Shown here piece after piece: positions 24,849 to 32,000 of a stretch of 32,000 bases of DNA. The translations under genes were made by a program, and so were the position numbers. The notes under the pieces were generated by a model. That model was not told where the DNA came from. It searched no databases and saw nothing but the letters and a program-made list of their open reading frames with translations. The stretch is from Coprobacillaceae bacterium (lineage in GTDB: Bacteria > Bacillota_I > Bacilli_A > Erysipelotrichales > Coprobacillaceae), in NCBI GenBank assembly GCA_963675515.1, contig OY776328.1, forward strand, positions 1,500,001 to 1,532,000, written 5' to 3'. The first letter of the stretch is position 1; every line of letters begins with the position of its first letter.

Positions 24849-25805
24849 ATGTGGGCAATAATTGCAACATGGCGGATGGCCGCCGAAGGAATCAATGAAG
24901 CAAAAAAGATATTGGAAAACGGCGGAAATGCCGGAGATGCCATCGAGACGGCGATAAAGGACGTCGAGAATTTTGAATATTACAAGTCGGTCGGCTATGG
25001 CGGACTGCCAAACGAGGAAATGGAAGTCGAGCTTGACGCGGCCTATATGGATGGCGACACTTTGGATATCGGTGCAGTAGGAGCGATAAAAGACTTTGCG
25101 AATCCGATTTCCATCGCCCGAAAACTTTCAAAAGAGACCGTGAATAATTTCCTGGTCGGAGCCGGGGCGGAAAAATATGCCCATAAAGAAGGGTTCGAGC
25201 GCAAAAACATGCTGACTGAACGCGCCAAGATCCATTATCACAACCGGCTGATAAAAATAAAAGAGGAACAGATCCGCCCGTATGACGGTCACGATACGGT
25301 CGGCATGGTCTGTCTTGATGAAAGCGGCAAAATGACCGCGGCGACATCTACAAGCGGTCTTTTCATGAAAAAACCCGGTCGGGTAGGCGATTCCCCTGTT
25401 TCGGGATCGGGCTTTTATGTCATCAGCGAGTTTGGCGGGGCCAGTGCCACCGGTCTGGGTGAGGATATGATGAAAGGCTGTGTCTCCTATGAAGTTGTCC
25501 GGCTGCTAAAGGATGGAATCCATCCCCAGGAAGCTGTTGAAAAGGTGGTCGGTGAACTTGACCGGGAGCTCAAAAAACGCCGCGGCTATGCCGGTGACAT
25601 CTCTCTGGTGGCCCTGAACAACAAGGGCGAGTGGGGCGTTGCCACGAATATCGAGGGATTCTCCTTTGTTGTGGCGACTGCAAACAGCGATCCTCAAGTT
25701 TATCTGACCAAAAATATCAATGGCCGCACCCATCATGAATTAGCCAGCCAGGAGTGGCTTGACAATTATATGGAGACCCGGATGGCTCCGCTGAAAAGAA
25801 ATTAG
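24849..25805 (+). CDS. Ntn-hydrolase of the asparaginase_2 family, glycosylasparaginase-like (N4-(beta-N-acetylglucosaminyl)-L-asparaginase / isoaspartyl peptidase).
   Basis: SD AGGAGG plus ATG 24849. Autoprocessing-site motif YDGHDTVGMVCLD, and downstream GRVGDSPVSGSG. No signal peptide is present. Confidence 0.85.
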   Translation: MWAIIATWRMAAEGINEAKKILENGGNAGDAIETAIKDVENFEYYKSVGYGGLPNEEMEVELDAAYMDGDTLDIGAVGAIKDFANPISIARKLSKETVNNFLVGAGAEKYAHKEGFERKNMLTERAKIHYHNRLIKIKEEQIRPYDGHDTVGMVCLDESGKMTAATSTSGLFMKKPGRVGDSPVSGSGFYVISEFGGASATGLGEDMMKGCVSYEVVRLLKDGIHPQEAVEKVVGELDRELKKRRGYAGDISLVALNNKGEWGVATNIEGFSFVVATANSDPQVYLTKNINGRTHHELASQEWLDNYMETRMAPLKRN

Positions 25806-25807
25806 CC

Positions 25808-26926
25808 ATGGATGAAAAGATAATCGATCAGGTTCTTGATAATAAAGAGGAAATGCTTTCAAGTATCATCGATCTTGTCAACATGCCCAGCGTCAAAAAG
25901 GACATGGAGCCGGGATGTCCTTATGGCCGGGATCTCGCGGAGATCTTGAATAAGACATTAAAGATCGCAGAAAACATGGGATTTGATACCGTCAATCTCG
26001 ACAACTATCTGGGTTACGCGCAATTTGGCCAAGGTGATGACTATATCTGCATCATCGGCCATCTCGATGTGGTCGAACCCGCCGGTCAATGGACCAGCCC
26101 GCCATTTCAAGCCACATTGCGACAGGGCCGGATATATGGACGGGGCGTTCTCGACAATAAAGGACCGCTGATAAGCTGTCTTTACGGTCTTTATGCCATC
26201 AAGCAGCTGGGGATCGAATTGAAAAGACCGGTAAGGATCATATTCGGATGCGACGAGGAAAGCGGATTTGGCGATCTGGAGCACTATCTCAAGAAGGAAA
26301 AACCGCCCGTGATGGGTTGGACGCCCGATTGCAAGTATCCCGTTGTCTATGGCGAGCGGGGCCGCATGAGTGTAAGGTTTATAGCGTCAGATGGAAACCA
26401 TCAAGCTCTTGTTGATTTTGTCAACAACTACATCTTCAATCAAAATCCCGATGGGACCGCTTTGGGGATAAGACATCTAGACCAGGAATTTGGAACTACC
26501 CTGATGCGCAATTTCAAGCTTGGTTTAAATAATCAGGATCTGACATTCGCCATGGACATAAGCTATCCTGCGGGTATCACCTGGACAAAGATAATGGCCA
26601 TCATCAGGGAAAAAGCCGATTCACTTGAAGTGGAAATGGTTAAAAATTACGATCCGGTCAAATTCGACAAGGATGCGCCAATGGTCAAAATGATGCAACG
26701 GGCATATGAAAAAATCACCGGCTGCGATGGGACCCCGGTAACGACAACTGGTGGTACCTATGCCAAGCTGATGCCCAATATAGTTCCATTTGGACCCAGT
26801 TTCCCAGGACAAAAAGGGATTGCCCATCTTCCCGATGAATGGATGGATATCGATGATATTGTGGAAAATGCCAAAATATACGCCTTGGCAATATATTACT
26901 TAGGAGGTTTGGAAAATGGATTATGA
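25808..26926 (+). CDS. M20-family metallopeptidase (PepV/Sapep-like dipeptidase), short form (372 aa).
   Basis: IGHLDVVEPAGQWTSPPFQATLRQGRIYGRGVLDNKGP and FGCDEESGF are metal-binding motifs. Confidence 0.85.
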   Translation: MDEKIIDQVLDNKEEMLSSIIDLVNMPSVKKDMEPGCPYGRDLAEILNKTLKIAENMGFDTVNLDNYLGYAQFGQGDDYICIIGHLDVVEPAGQWTSPPFQATLRQGRIYGRGVLDNKGPLISCLYGLYAIKQLGIELKRPVRIIFGCDEESGFGDLEHYLKKEKPPVMGWTPDCKYPVVYGERGRMSVRFIASDGNHQALVDFVNNYIFNQNPDGTALGIRHLDQEFGTTLMRNFKLGLNNQDLTFAMDISYPAGITWTKIMAIIREKADSLEVEMVKNYDPVKFDKDAPMVKMMQRAYEKITGCDGTPVTTTGGTYAKLMPNIVPFGPSFPGQKGIAHLPDEWMDIDDIVENAKIYALAIYYLGGLENGL

Positions 26927-27659
26927 GATTGAGATTTGTTGCGGCAGTTATGAAGACGCGTTAAACGCGGCCAAAGGAAAAGCCAGAAGGATCGAACTCA
27001 ACAGCGCTTTGCATCTAGGCGGGCTGACCCCGTCATTGGCGACCTTGATTCTGGCCCGGAAGAATACGGATCTGAAAATTATCGCCATGGTTCGCCCTCG
27101 GGGTGCCGGATTCAATTATGATGAATCGGAGTTTCAGGTGATGCTCGAAGATGCCAGGTTGCTGCTAAAAAACGGGGCTGATGGCATCGCCTTTGGCTTT
27201 TTGGACGGATCTCGAAATATAGATTTACAAAAGACCGCTCAGATGGCTGATTTGATCCATCTGTATTCAAAAGAAGCGGTGTTCCACCGGGCGTTCGATT
27301 GCGTCATCGACCCATATGTGGCAATTGAACAGCTTATCGATCTGGGCATCGACCGGATCCTTACCAGCGGCCAGCAGGACACCGCAATCAAGGGCGCTTC
27401 ACTGATCCGGGACCTGCAGGAAAAATACGGCGACCAGATAGAAATCCTTGCAGGAAGCGGCGTCAATGATTCGAACGCCTTGGATCTGATCAGTCAAACC
27501 AAAATAAACCAGATCCACAGTTCCTGCAAGGGTTGGAAAGAAGATAAGACGACAACCACTGACAATATCAGTTTTGCCTATAATGGTGAAAAAGGGGATA
27601 ATTATGAAGTGGTCCTGGCTGATAAGGTAGCAAGGCTGATTGCCAGTGTATGTCAATAA
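26916..27659 (+). CDS. cutC: CutC-family protein (TIM-barrel, annotated 'copper homeostasis').
   Basis: MDYEIEICCGSYEDALNAAKGKARRIELNSALHLGGLTPS has a CutC-like N-terminus. The gene overlaps the M20 gene by 11 nt. Confidence 0.85.
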   Translation: MDYEIEICCGSYEDALNAAKGKARRIELNSALHLGGLTPSLATLILARKNTDLKIIAMVRPRGAGFNYDESEFQVMLEDARLLLKNGADGIAFGFLDGSRNIDLQKTAQMADLIHLYSKEAVFHRAFDCVIDPYVAIEQLIDLGIDRILTSGQQDTAIKGASLIRDLQEKYGDQIEILAGSGVNDSNALDLISQTKINQIHSSCKGWKEDKTTTTDNISFAYNGEKGDNYEVVLADKVARLIASVCQ

Positions 27660-28522
27660 CATGGAAGAACAATCGCCGCTTCAAATTTGGATATACCCTC
27701 TTTAGTGTGGTTGTGGCCGCCTATCTGCAGGCTTTTGTCATCAAGTCATTCATCACTCCGGCCGACCTGCTTTCCAGCGGATTTACCGGATTGGCGATAT
27801 TGATCAATAGGATTGCAGGTCTTTTTGGATTGGGTTTTCCAGTATCGATAGGAATGATTGTGCTAAACGCCCCGGTAGCTTTTTTATGTTACAAAAACAT
27901 ATCAAAAAAATTCACCATCTTCTCATTGGTCCAGGTATTTTTAGCCAGCCTATTTTTGCAGTTTTTGGATTTTCCGGTTGTTTTCGATGACGTGATGCTC
28001 AACATCACTTTTGGGGGATTCATATATGGGATTTTGACGGTGATTGCCCTTAAGGGCAACGCATCGACCGGCGGTACCGACTTTATCGCGTTGTATATCT
28101 CAAACAAATGCAACAAGTCAATATGGGGTTACGTTTTTGTTTTCAATTCGATAATCCTGATCGTATTTGGGTACATGTTCGGGTGGCTTAATGCCGGCTA
28201 TTCGATCTTGTTCCAGTTTATCTCGACCAAAACCATCGATTCATTCTATCACCGGTACAAGCGGGTCACTTTGCAGATAACCACAACCAGACCTGAACGA
28301 ATCATCGATGCTTATACAGGAAGTTACCGTCATGGGGTTTCCTGGGTCAAGGGGGTGGGGGGCTACAGCAAAAAAGAGATGAGCCTGCTCCATACTGTTG
28401 TTTCGAGCTATGAGGTATCCGACATTGTCGAATTGATGAGGACAGTTGACCCGAAGGTCATAATCAATGTGTTGAAGACCGAAAATTTTTATGGCGGTTT
28501 TTACCAGGCCCCTATCGAATGA
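27650..28522 (+). CDS. YitT-family membrane protein with a C-terminal DUF2179 domain.
   Basis: Multiple TM helices plus GGTDFIALYIS, and a C-terminal soluble domain (RVTLQITTTRPERIIDAY...VIINVLKTENFYGGFY). It overlaps cutC by 10 nt. Confidence 0.85.
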   Translation: MSITWKNNRRFKFGYTLFSVVVAAYLQAFVIKSFITPADLLSSGFTGLAILINRIAGLFGLGFPVSIGMIVLNAPVAFLCYKNISKKFTIFSLVQVFLASLFLQFLDFPVVFDDVMLNITFGGFIYGILTVIALKGNASTGGTDFIALYISNKCNKSIWGYVFVFNSIILIVFGYMFGWLNAGYSILFQFISTKTIDSFYHRYKRVTLQITTTRPERIIDAYTGSYRHGVSWVKGVGGYSKKEMSLLHTVVSSYEVSDIVELMRTVDPKVIINVLKTENFYGGFYQAPIE

Positions 28523-28734
28523 GATCGAAAGGAAATGCTTTTCCCTTTTCGCTGTCATTGAAAATGGAATCATGAATCAAGCGTGATCTGTCTGATCCGG
28601 CACAATAAACAAGATTGCCCCTGCAAATACTAAGTAGATGATGGCAAATACTGCCTGCGATCCACCAGGCAAGGATAAAGAAAACGGATGGTGATGCCTT
28701 GCTATCAGGACCTGCAAAGATGATTTAAGCCATC

Positions 28735-29398
28735 TTAGCCAAAGCGATAAGACATCTTGACATAGGATCCAAAGACAATGACAGGCTGTTTGCTGATTCC
28801 TTTTCGTTTTAGACCGACAATCAGCCGCATCCAAGCGGTTATTGCTTTTGCTAAAACAACAGTGCGGGTTCGGTTTTGGAGAAACATTTGGTTTCAATCT
28901 ATCCTTATCTTCAAACACGGGATTGATTGTCCCCAGGGACCGGTGCTAAATGAGCAGCCATCCGCCATTTTTGCCAAGTTCATCCATTCTCTTTGATCTG
29001 CAAGGTCCTTTCAGGTGTTGAAATATAGGGTCGGTTTGACATCAAATATAGGGCTGGAAACATGAGATGATCTTTAACAATGCTTATGCTGGGAGCAATT
29101 TGGCGATCCATGCCAGTGGTTCCATCAACCCGGTGGCAACGTGATGCAAGAAGCAATATGTTTGCAAAGGCGATACGATTATCGGGTGACCCGGGCCCGG
29201 TGCCGGTTTCGATCATCGAGACGGGCTTCGTGGCAACTGCGCCCGAAGACAAGAAGGTGGCACAGGCAATTGCCGATCCAAGATTGACCAGGCGATTGTT
29301 GCAAGTCGCGACATATATTTCAAAATCAGCTGACGATTACCGGCTGCATGAATTCGGGACTGTATGGCGTTTTTTGGTTTGATAAGATGAAAAAACAA
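28735..29398 (-). pseudogene. Probable heavily decayed nagB/pgl-family gene (glucosamine-6-phosphate deaminase / 6-phosphogluconolactonase fold). Tentative.
   Basis: Minus-strand fragments in three frames: IKPKNAI...HAAGNRQLILKY (cf. KP.AVLGLATG.TP...Y), ILD (cf. NLDEY), IETGTGPGSPDNRIAFAN...ASRCHRV (cf. LLGIG.DGHIAFNEP....SRTH.V), GGWLLIS (cf. ILLL.SG), and LQNRTRTVVLAKAITAWMRL (cf. LQ.H...TVVLD..AA..L). Several stops and frameshifts occur, and there appears to be an internal deletion. These are motif-level matches only. Confidence 0.35.
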
Positions 29399-29498
29399 AG
29401 AAGTCATTGCAAGGATTGATTTTCATCCGAAACTTGCTTTACCAGCTTGGGGAGTGATTTGATATTACGGGAGGAATCAATTAAATATCGAAAAGTTA

Positions 29499-29527
29499 TT
29501 GAAATGTCATTTGGAAAGTGCTATCAT
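29499..29527 (+). promoter_or_regulatory. Candidate sigma-A promoter of the licT-bgl operon.
   Basis: TTGAAA (29499-29504), a 17-nt spacer, then TATCAT (29522-29527), ~50 nt upstream of the RAT element. Confidence 0.45.
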
Positions 29528-29578
29528 GTATTCAACTGGTTAATACATGTTCGGTGTGCACAATCGGATATGGTTATT

Positions 29579-29612
29579 AGGGTTGTTACTGGTAATGCAG
29601 GCAAAGCCTAAA
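29579..29612 (+). promoter_or_regulatory. RAT (ribonucleic antiterminator) element, the binding site for the BglG/LicT-family antiterminator.
   Basis: AGGGTTGTTACTGGTAATGCAGGCAAAGCCTAAATG closely matches the RAT consensus GGATTGTTACTG....GCAGGCAAAACCTAAA and overlaps the 5' arm of the terminator. Confidence 0.85.
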
Positions 29613-29652
29613 TGAATGTATGCTTTTTGCATATGTTTGTTTGGGCTTTTTT
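29603..29652 (+). terminator. Conditional rho-independent terminator controlled by RAT/LicT.
   Basis: AAAGCCTAAATGAATGTATGC-TTTTT-GCATATGTTTGTTTGGGCTTT forms a 21-bp stem in which all 5 non-Watson-Crick positions are G-U pairs, followed by TTTTTT. Confidence 0.8.
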
Positions 29653-29684
29653 ATATTGAAAAAGTCCGCGGGAGGGAAGATTTA

Positions 29685-30548
29685 ATGAAGGTTAAAAGAG
29701 TGTTTAACAACAATGTAGTGCTGGCCTACAACAATGATTCGGAGATTGTCCTATTTGGCAAGGGAATTGGTTTTCAAAAGCAGCATGGAGATCCAATTGA
29801 CAAGATAAAGATTGAAAAAATGTTCACCCTTGATGAAAAGGAAAGATCCAATATCGAAGAATTGTTCACCACTATTTCCAAAGAATATTCGGATCTAACT
29901 TTCAAGCTTGTCAAACAGGCTGAATCGGACCTCAACATCGAATTCAACACGAACATCTATATCGCAATCATGGATCATATCAATTACGCTTTGGAAAGAG
30001 CCAAACAGGGTTTGTTCATCACCAATCCGCTAAGATGGGAGATAAAAAGAACGTATCCCAGTGAATATCGCGCGGCTGTCAAAACGATTGAGATAATCAA
30101 TGAAGTCACCGGTATTGAACTGCCCGAAGACGAGGCTGGGACAATCGCCATCCATTTCTTCAATGCCCAGGATCCCAAGTCATTGGTCAATACCTCACTT
30201 AAATCAGTGACGATAATCCAGGACATTGTCAAACTGATTCAAAATCAATTTGGGATAGAGTTTGATGAAAATGAAATGAACTACAATCGGATGATGACGC
30301 ATCTTCGCTATTTTGTGAATAATATATTGAACGGCAGCAACCGCAATAAGACGATGCGGGATGACTTCCTGTACCAGTCCATCAGGCAGCAATATCCCGA
30401 TATTTACAAGTGTGTGGAGCTGATTGAACGGTATATCGATCTAAAGGCCAAAAAACCCGTTCTCGATGAGGAAAAGATGTATTTGATGATCCATATTCAG
30501 CGAGTAGTTGAAAAAGAGAAAATCAAAGGAGAAAGAAATGAGTTATAA
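29685..30548 (+). CDS. licT: BglG/LicT/SacY-family PRD transcriptional antiterminator.
   Basis: CAT RNA-binding domain MKVKRVFNNNVVLAYNNDSEIVLFGKGIGFQK, followed by two PRDs (AIMDHINYALER, MMTHLRYFV). SD GGGAGGGAAG precedes ATG 29685. The ORF-track start 29616 lies inside the terminator. Confidence 0.9.
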   Translation: MKVKRVFNNNVVLAYNNDSEIVLFGKGIGFQKQHGDPIDKIKIEKMFTLDEKERSNIEELFTTISKEYSDLTFKLVKQAESDLNIEFNTNIYIAIMDHINYALERAKQGLFITNPLRWEIKRTYPSEYRAAVKTIEIINEVTGIELPEDEAGTIAIHFFNAQDPKSLVNTSLKSVTIIQDIVKLIQNQFGIEFDENEMNYNRMMTHLRYFVNNILNGSNRNKTMRDDFLYQSIRQQYPDIYKCVELIERYIDLKAKKPVLDEEKMYLMIHIQRVVEKEKIKGERNEL

Positions 30549-31896
30549 AGAATACTGCAGTGAACTGGTTGAACATGTTGGCGGCGTTGCCAATATTGCC
30601 AGTGTCACTCATTGCGCAACCAGATTGCGTTTCATGCTTGTTGATAGAAGCAAAGTTGACAAAGCTAAAGTTGAGGCTTTGCCAAATACAATTGGAACGG
30701 TGTCGGCTCAAGGTACCTTTCAGGTTGTAATCGGACCGAACGTAGCCGATGTTTATGATGAATTAAGCAAGATAGAAGGTATCACCACTGATGGAACGGT
30801 ATCTGACGATGAAGGGGATGCAAAATCCGGAATCGATCGCTTTTTGGGGACGATTTCAGCTATCTTTACCCCTTATATTCCGGTTCTGGCATCGGCTGGA
30901 ATAATCAAAGGGTTGCTGGCTCTTTGCATCAATTTGGGATGGCTGAGCGTCACGTCAAACACATATGCGATCCTCTTTGCTGCCGGCAACGCCCTTATAT
31001 ATTTCTTCCCGATCCTTCTGGCATTTACCGCGGCTAAAAAGTTTGGAGCTAATCCTTACATCGGGGCAGTCATCGGGGCAGCATTGATGGAACCGAACTT
31101 GACCGCCATAAATGTCACAGGTCAAAACATTGATTTTCTAGGTATCCCTTTTGTCGCCCAATCATTCCAGAATACAGTCATTCCGATCATCCTGGGAATG
31201 TTTGCCTACTCATATCTGGAAAAGGGATTGAAAAAGTATCTGCCTAAATCGACGCAACTGATGCTTGTTCCTTTCATTTCACTGGTGGTTATGGTTCCTG
31301 GTATTTTATTGATCTTAGGGCCGATTGGGGCACTGTTGGCCAATGGAATCGCCAGTCTGTATTCTTGGCTGCTTTCTTTTGGAACAATCCCGATCAGCCT
31401 GATTTTCGGAGGCTTTTTCATCTATGTGATCATGCTGGGGATGCACTGGGTGGTATTGCCGATTCAGCTTTCCATCCTGGCGACCCAAGGGATGGAATAT
31501 TCATTGTGCGCCGGGGGAATGGGAAACTATTCGCTGCTGGGGGTCACCTTGGCTGTGCTGCTTATAAGCAAAAACCAAGAGACTAAAACTATGGCTGGTT
31601 CCGCTTCATTTGTAAACTTCCTGTCTGGGATCACCGAACCGGGACTTTATGGAATCATTTTCAAGAACAAGAAATACTTTATCGCCCTTACTTTAGGCGG
31701 TCTGGCTGGAGGACTGACTTGCGGAATTTTTGGATGTTACATCACCGCTTTTGCCTTCACCGGCCTATTCGGTCTGCCGGCATTTGCATCTTCGCCTACA
31801 GCTACTTACTACTTTATTGCAGTGGCAGTCACAATCGCAGTATCGTTTTGTACAACGTTTGTTCTTGAAAAAGGATTCAAGCCAAAAAAAGCTTAG
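30538..31896 (+). CDS. PTS beta-glucoside-family EIIB-EIIC (EIIBC). Its stop falls at the junction where an EIIA domain normally follows.
   Basis: EIIB motif ASVTHCATRLRF followed by a polytopic EIIC(Glc/Bgl). SD AAAGGAG precedes ATG 30538. It overlaps the licT stop by 11 nt. Confidence 0.9.
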   Translation: MSYKEYCSELVEHVGGVANIASVTHCATRLRFMLVDRSKVDKAKVEALPNTIGTVSAQGTFQVVIGPNVADVYDELSKIEGITTDGTVSDDEGDAKSGIDRFLGTISAIFTPYIPVLASAGIIKGLLALCINLGWLSVTSNTYAILFAAGNALIYFFPILLAFTAAKKFGANPYIGAVIGAALMEPNLTAINVTGQNIDFLGIPFVAQSFQNTVIPIILGMFAYSYLEKGLKKYLPKSTQLMLVPFISLVVMVPGILLILGPIGALLANGIASLYSWLLSFGTIPISLIFGGFFIYVIMLGMHWVVLPIQLSILATQGMEYSLCAGGMGNYSLLGVTLAVLLISKNQETKTMAGSASFVNFLSGITEPGLYGIIFKNKKYFIALTLGGLAGGLTCGIFGCYITAFAFTGLFGLPAFASSPTATYYFIAVAVTIAVSFCTTFVLEKGFKPKKA

Positions 31897-32000
31897 GTCC
31901 AAACGTCTTGAAATCCAAAGGTATTGGCTCGCCGGTGTCAGGCGCTGTTGTGGATATCGTTGAAATCAACGATCCGGTCTTTTCAATGAAGCTGGTTGGA
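31890..32000 (+). CDS. PTS EIIA(Glc)-type domain, N-terminal part (window-truncated), in the -1 frame relative to EIIBC.
   Basis: Frame 0 reads (K)SLGPNVLKSKGIGSPVSGAVVDIVEINDPVFSMKLVG, which is the canonical start of an EIIA-Glc domain (..P..G.V..L..V.DPVFS...MG). This frame has no ATG or SD of its own. Confidence 0.7.

Noticed and set aside
28577-29407. ORFs 28577..28918(-), 28778..28996(+), 28980..29252(-), 29080..29382(+) and 29213..29407(-), considered as real genes.
   Set aside because: They overlap each other on both strands, lack SD sequences and have odd composition. They are better explained as frames of a decayed gene (see the nagB-like pseudogene). The hydrophobic tail of 28577..28918 remains unexplained.
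29512-29526. cre-like sequence TGGAAAGTGCTATCA inside the licT promoter spacer. A second cre-like site is at ~21546-21559 (TCGAAACGCTTTGT).
   Set aside because: The first lacks the central CG and needs a 1-nt gap to fit TGWAANCGNTNWCA. The second has 3 mismatches at conserved end positions and lies inside the RDD coding sequence. Neither is good enough to call a CcpA site.
1-32000. CRISPR arrays, tRNA/rRNA genes, riboswitches and T-boxes.
   Set aside because: I saw no regularly spaced repeat arrays, no cloverleaf-like or rRNA-like segments, and no recognisable riboswitch cores in any of the longer intergenic regions. The only RNA switch I can support is the RAT/terminator.

Overview
This window looks like a low-GC Gram-positive (Bacillota-type) chromosome, judged from strong AGGAGG-type Shine-Dalgarno sites, many PTS operons and PRD/RAT regulation. 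It is a mosaic of sugar-utilisation loci interrupted by a lower-GC, IS-associated island.

Left to right:
1. The 3' end of an IS3-family element, which truncates an ABC/SMC-like ATPase gene. That gene is translationally coupled to a small unknown ORF.
2. A GntR/HutC regulator divergent from an operon for a cytoplasmic Cys-type sulfatase and a mannose-family PTS EIIAB. The transporter is destroyed by one deletion that fuses the 5' half of EIIC, out of frame, to the last ~45 codons of EIID.
3. A decayed IS21-family istA remnant.
4. An AT-rich segment (~5.0-19.1 kb). It holds a 489-aa XRE-HTH protein with a large unknown C-terminal domain, a 776-nt ORF-poor intergenic region, an SH3b/Amidase_3 lipoprotein, an apparently intact IS3-family element (orfA/orfB with an A_AAA_AAG -1 frameshift site), and a six-gene co-directional cluster. 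The cluster encodes zinc-ribbon/TM, YARHG and large secreted or anchored proteins of unknown function and ends at a strong bidirectional terminator.
5. A LicR-type PRD activator plus a lactose/cellobiose-family PTS (EIIA, EIIB, EIIC), followed by a stand-alone GrdB-N-terminal-like protein, a glycosylasparaginase-like Ntn hydrolase, an M20 peptidase, CutC and YitT.
6. A ~1 kb decayed stretch that probably contains a nagB-family pseudogene.
7. A classic RAT/terminator-LicT-beta-glucoside EIIBC(A) operon. Its EIIA domain is separated from EIIBC by a -1 frame change at an A7 tract.

The most interesting sequence-level observation is a cis-module with identical spacing upstream of both the amidase gene and the zinc-ribbon cluster: three 8-bp TGTCAC-type boxes, then 12 nt, then a TGATAnAAT extended -10. 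This ties the two into one putative cell-envelope regulon, which is the best candidate here for an undescribed system. I saw no rRNA, tRNA or CRISPR array.
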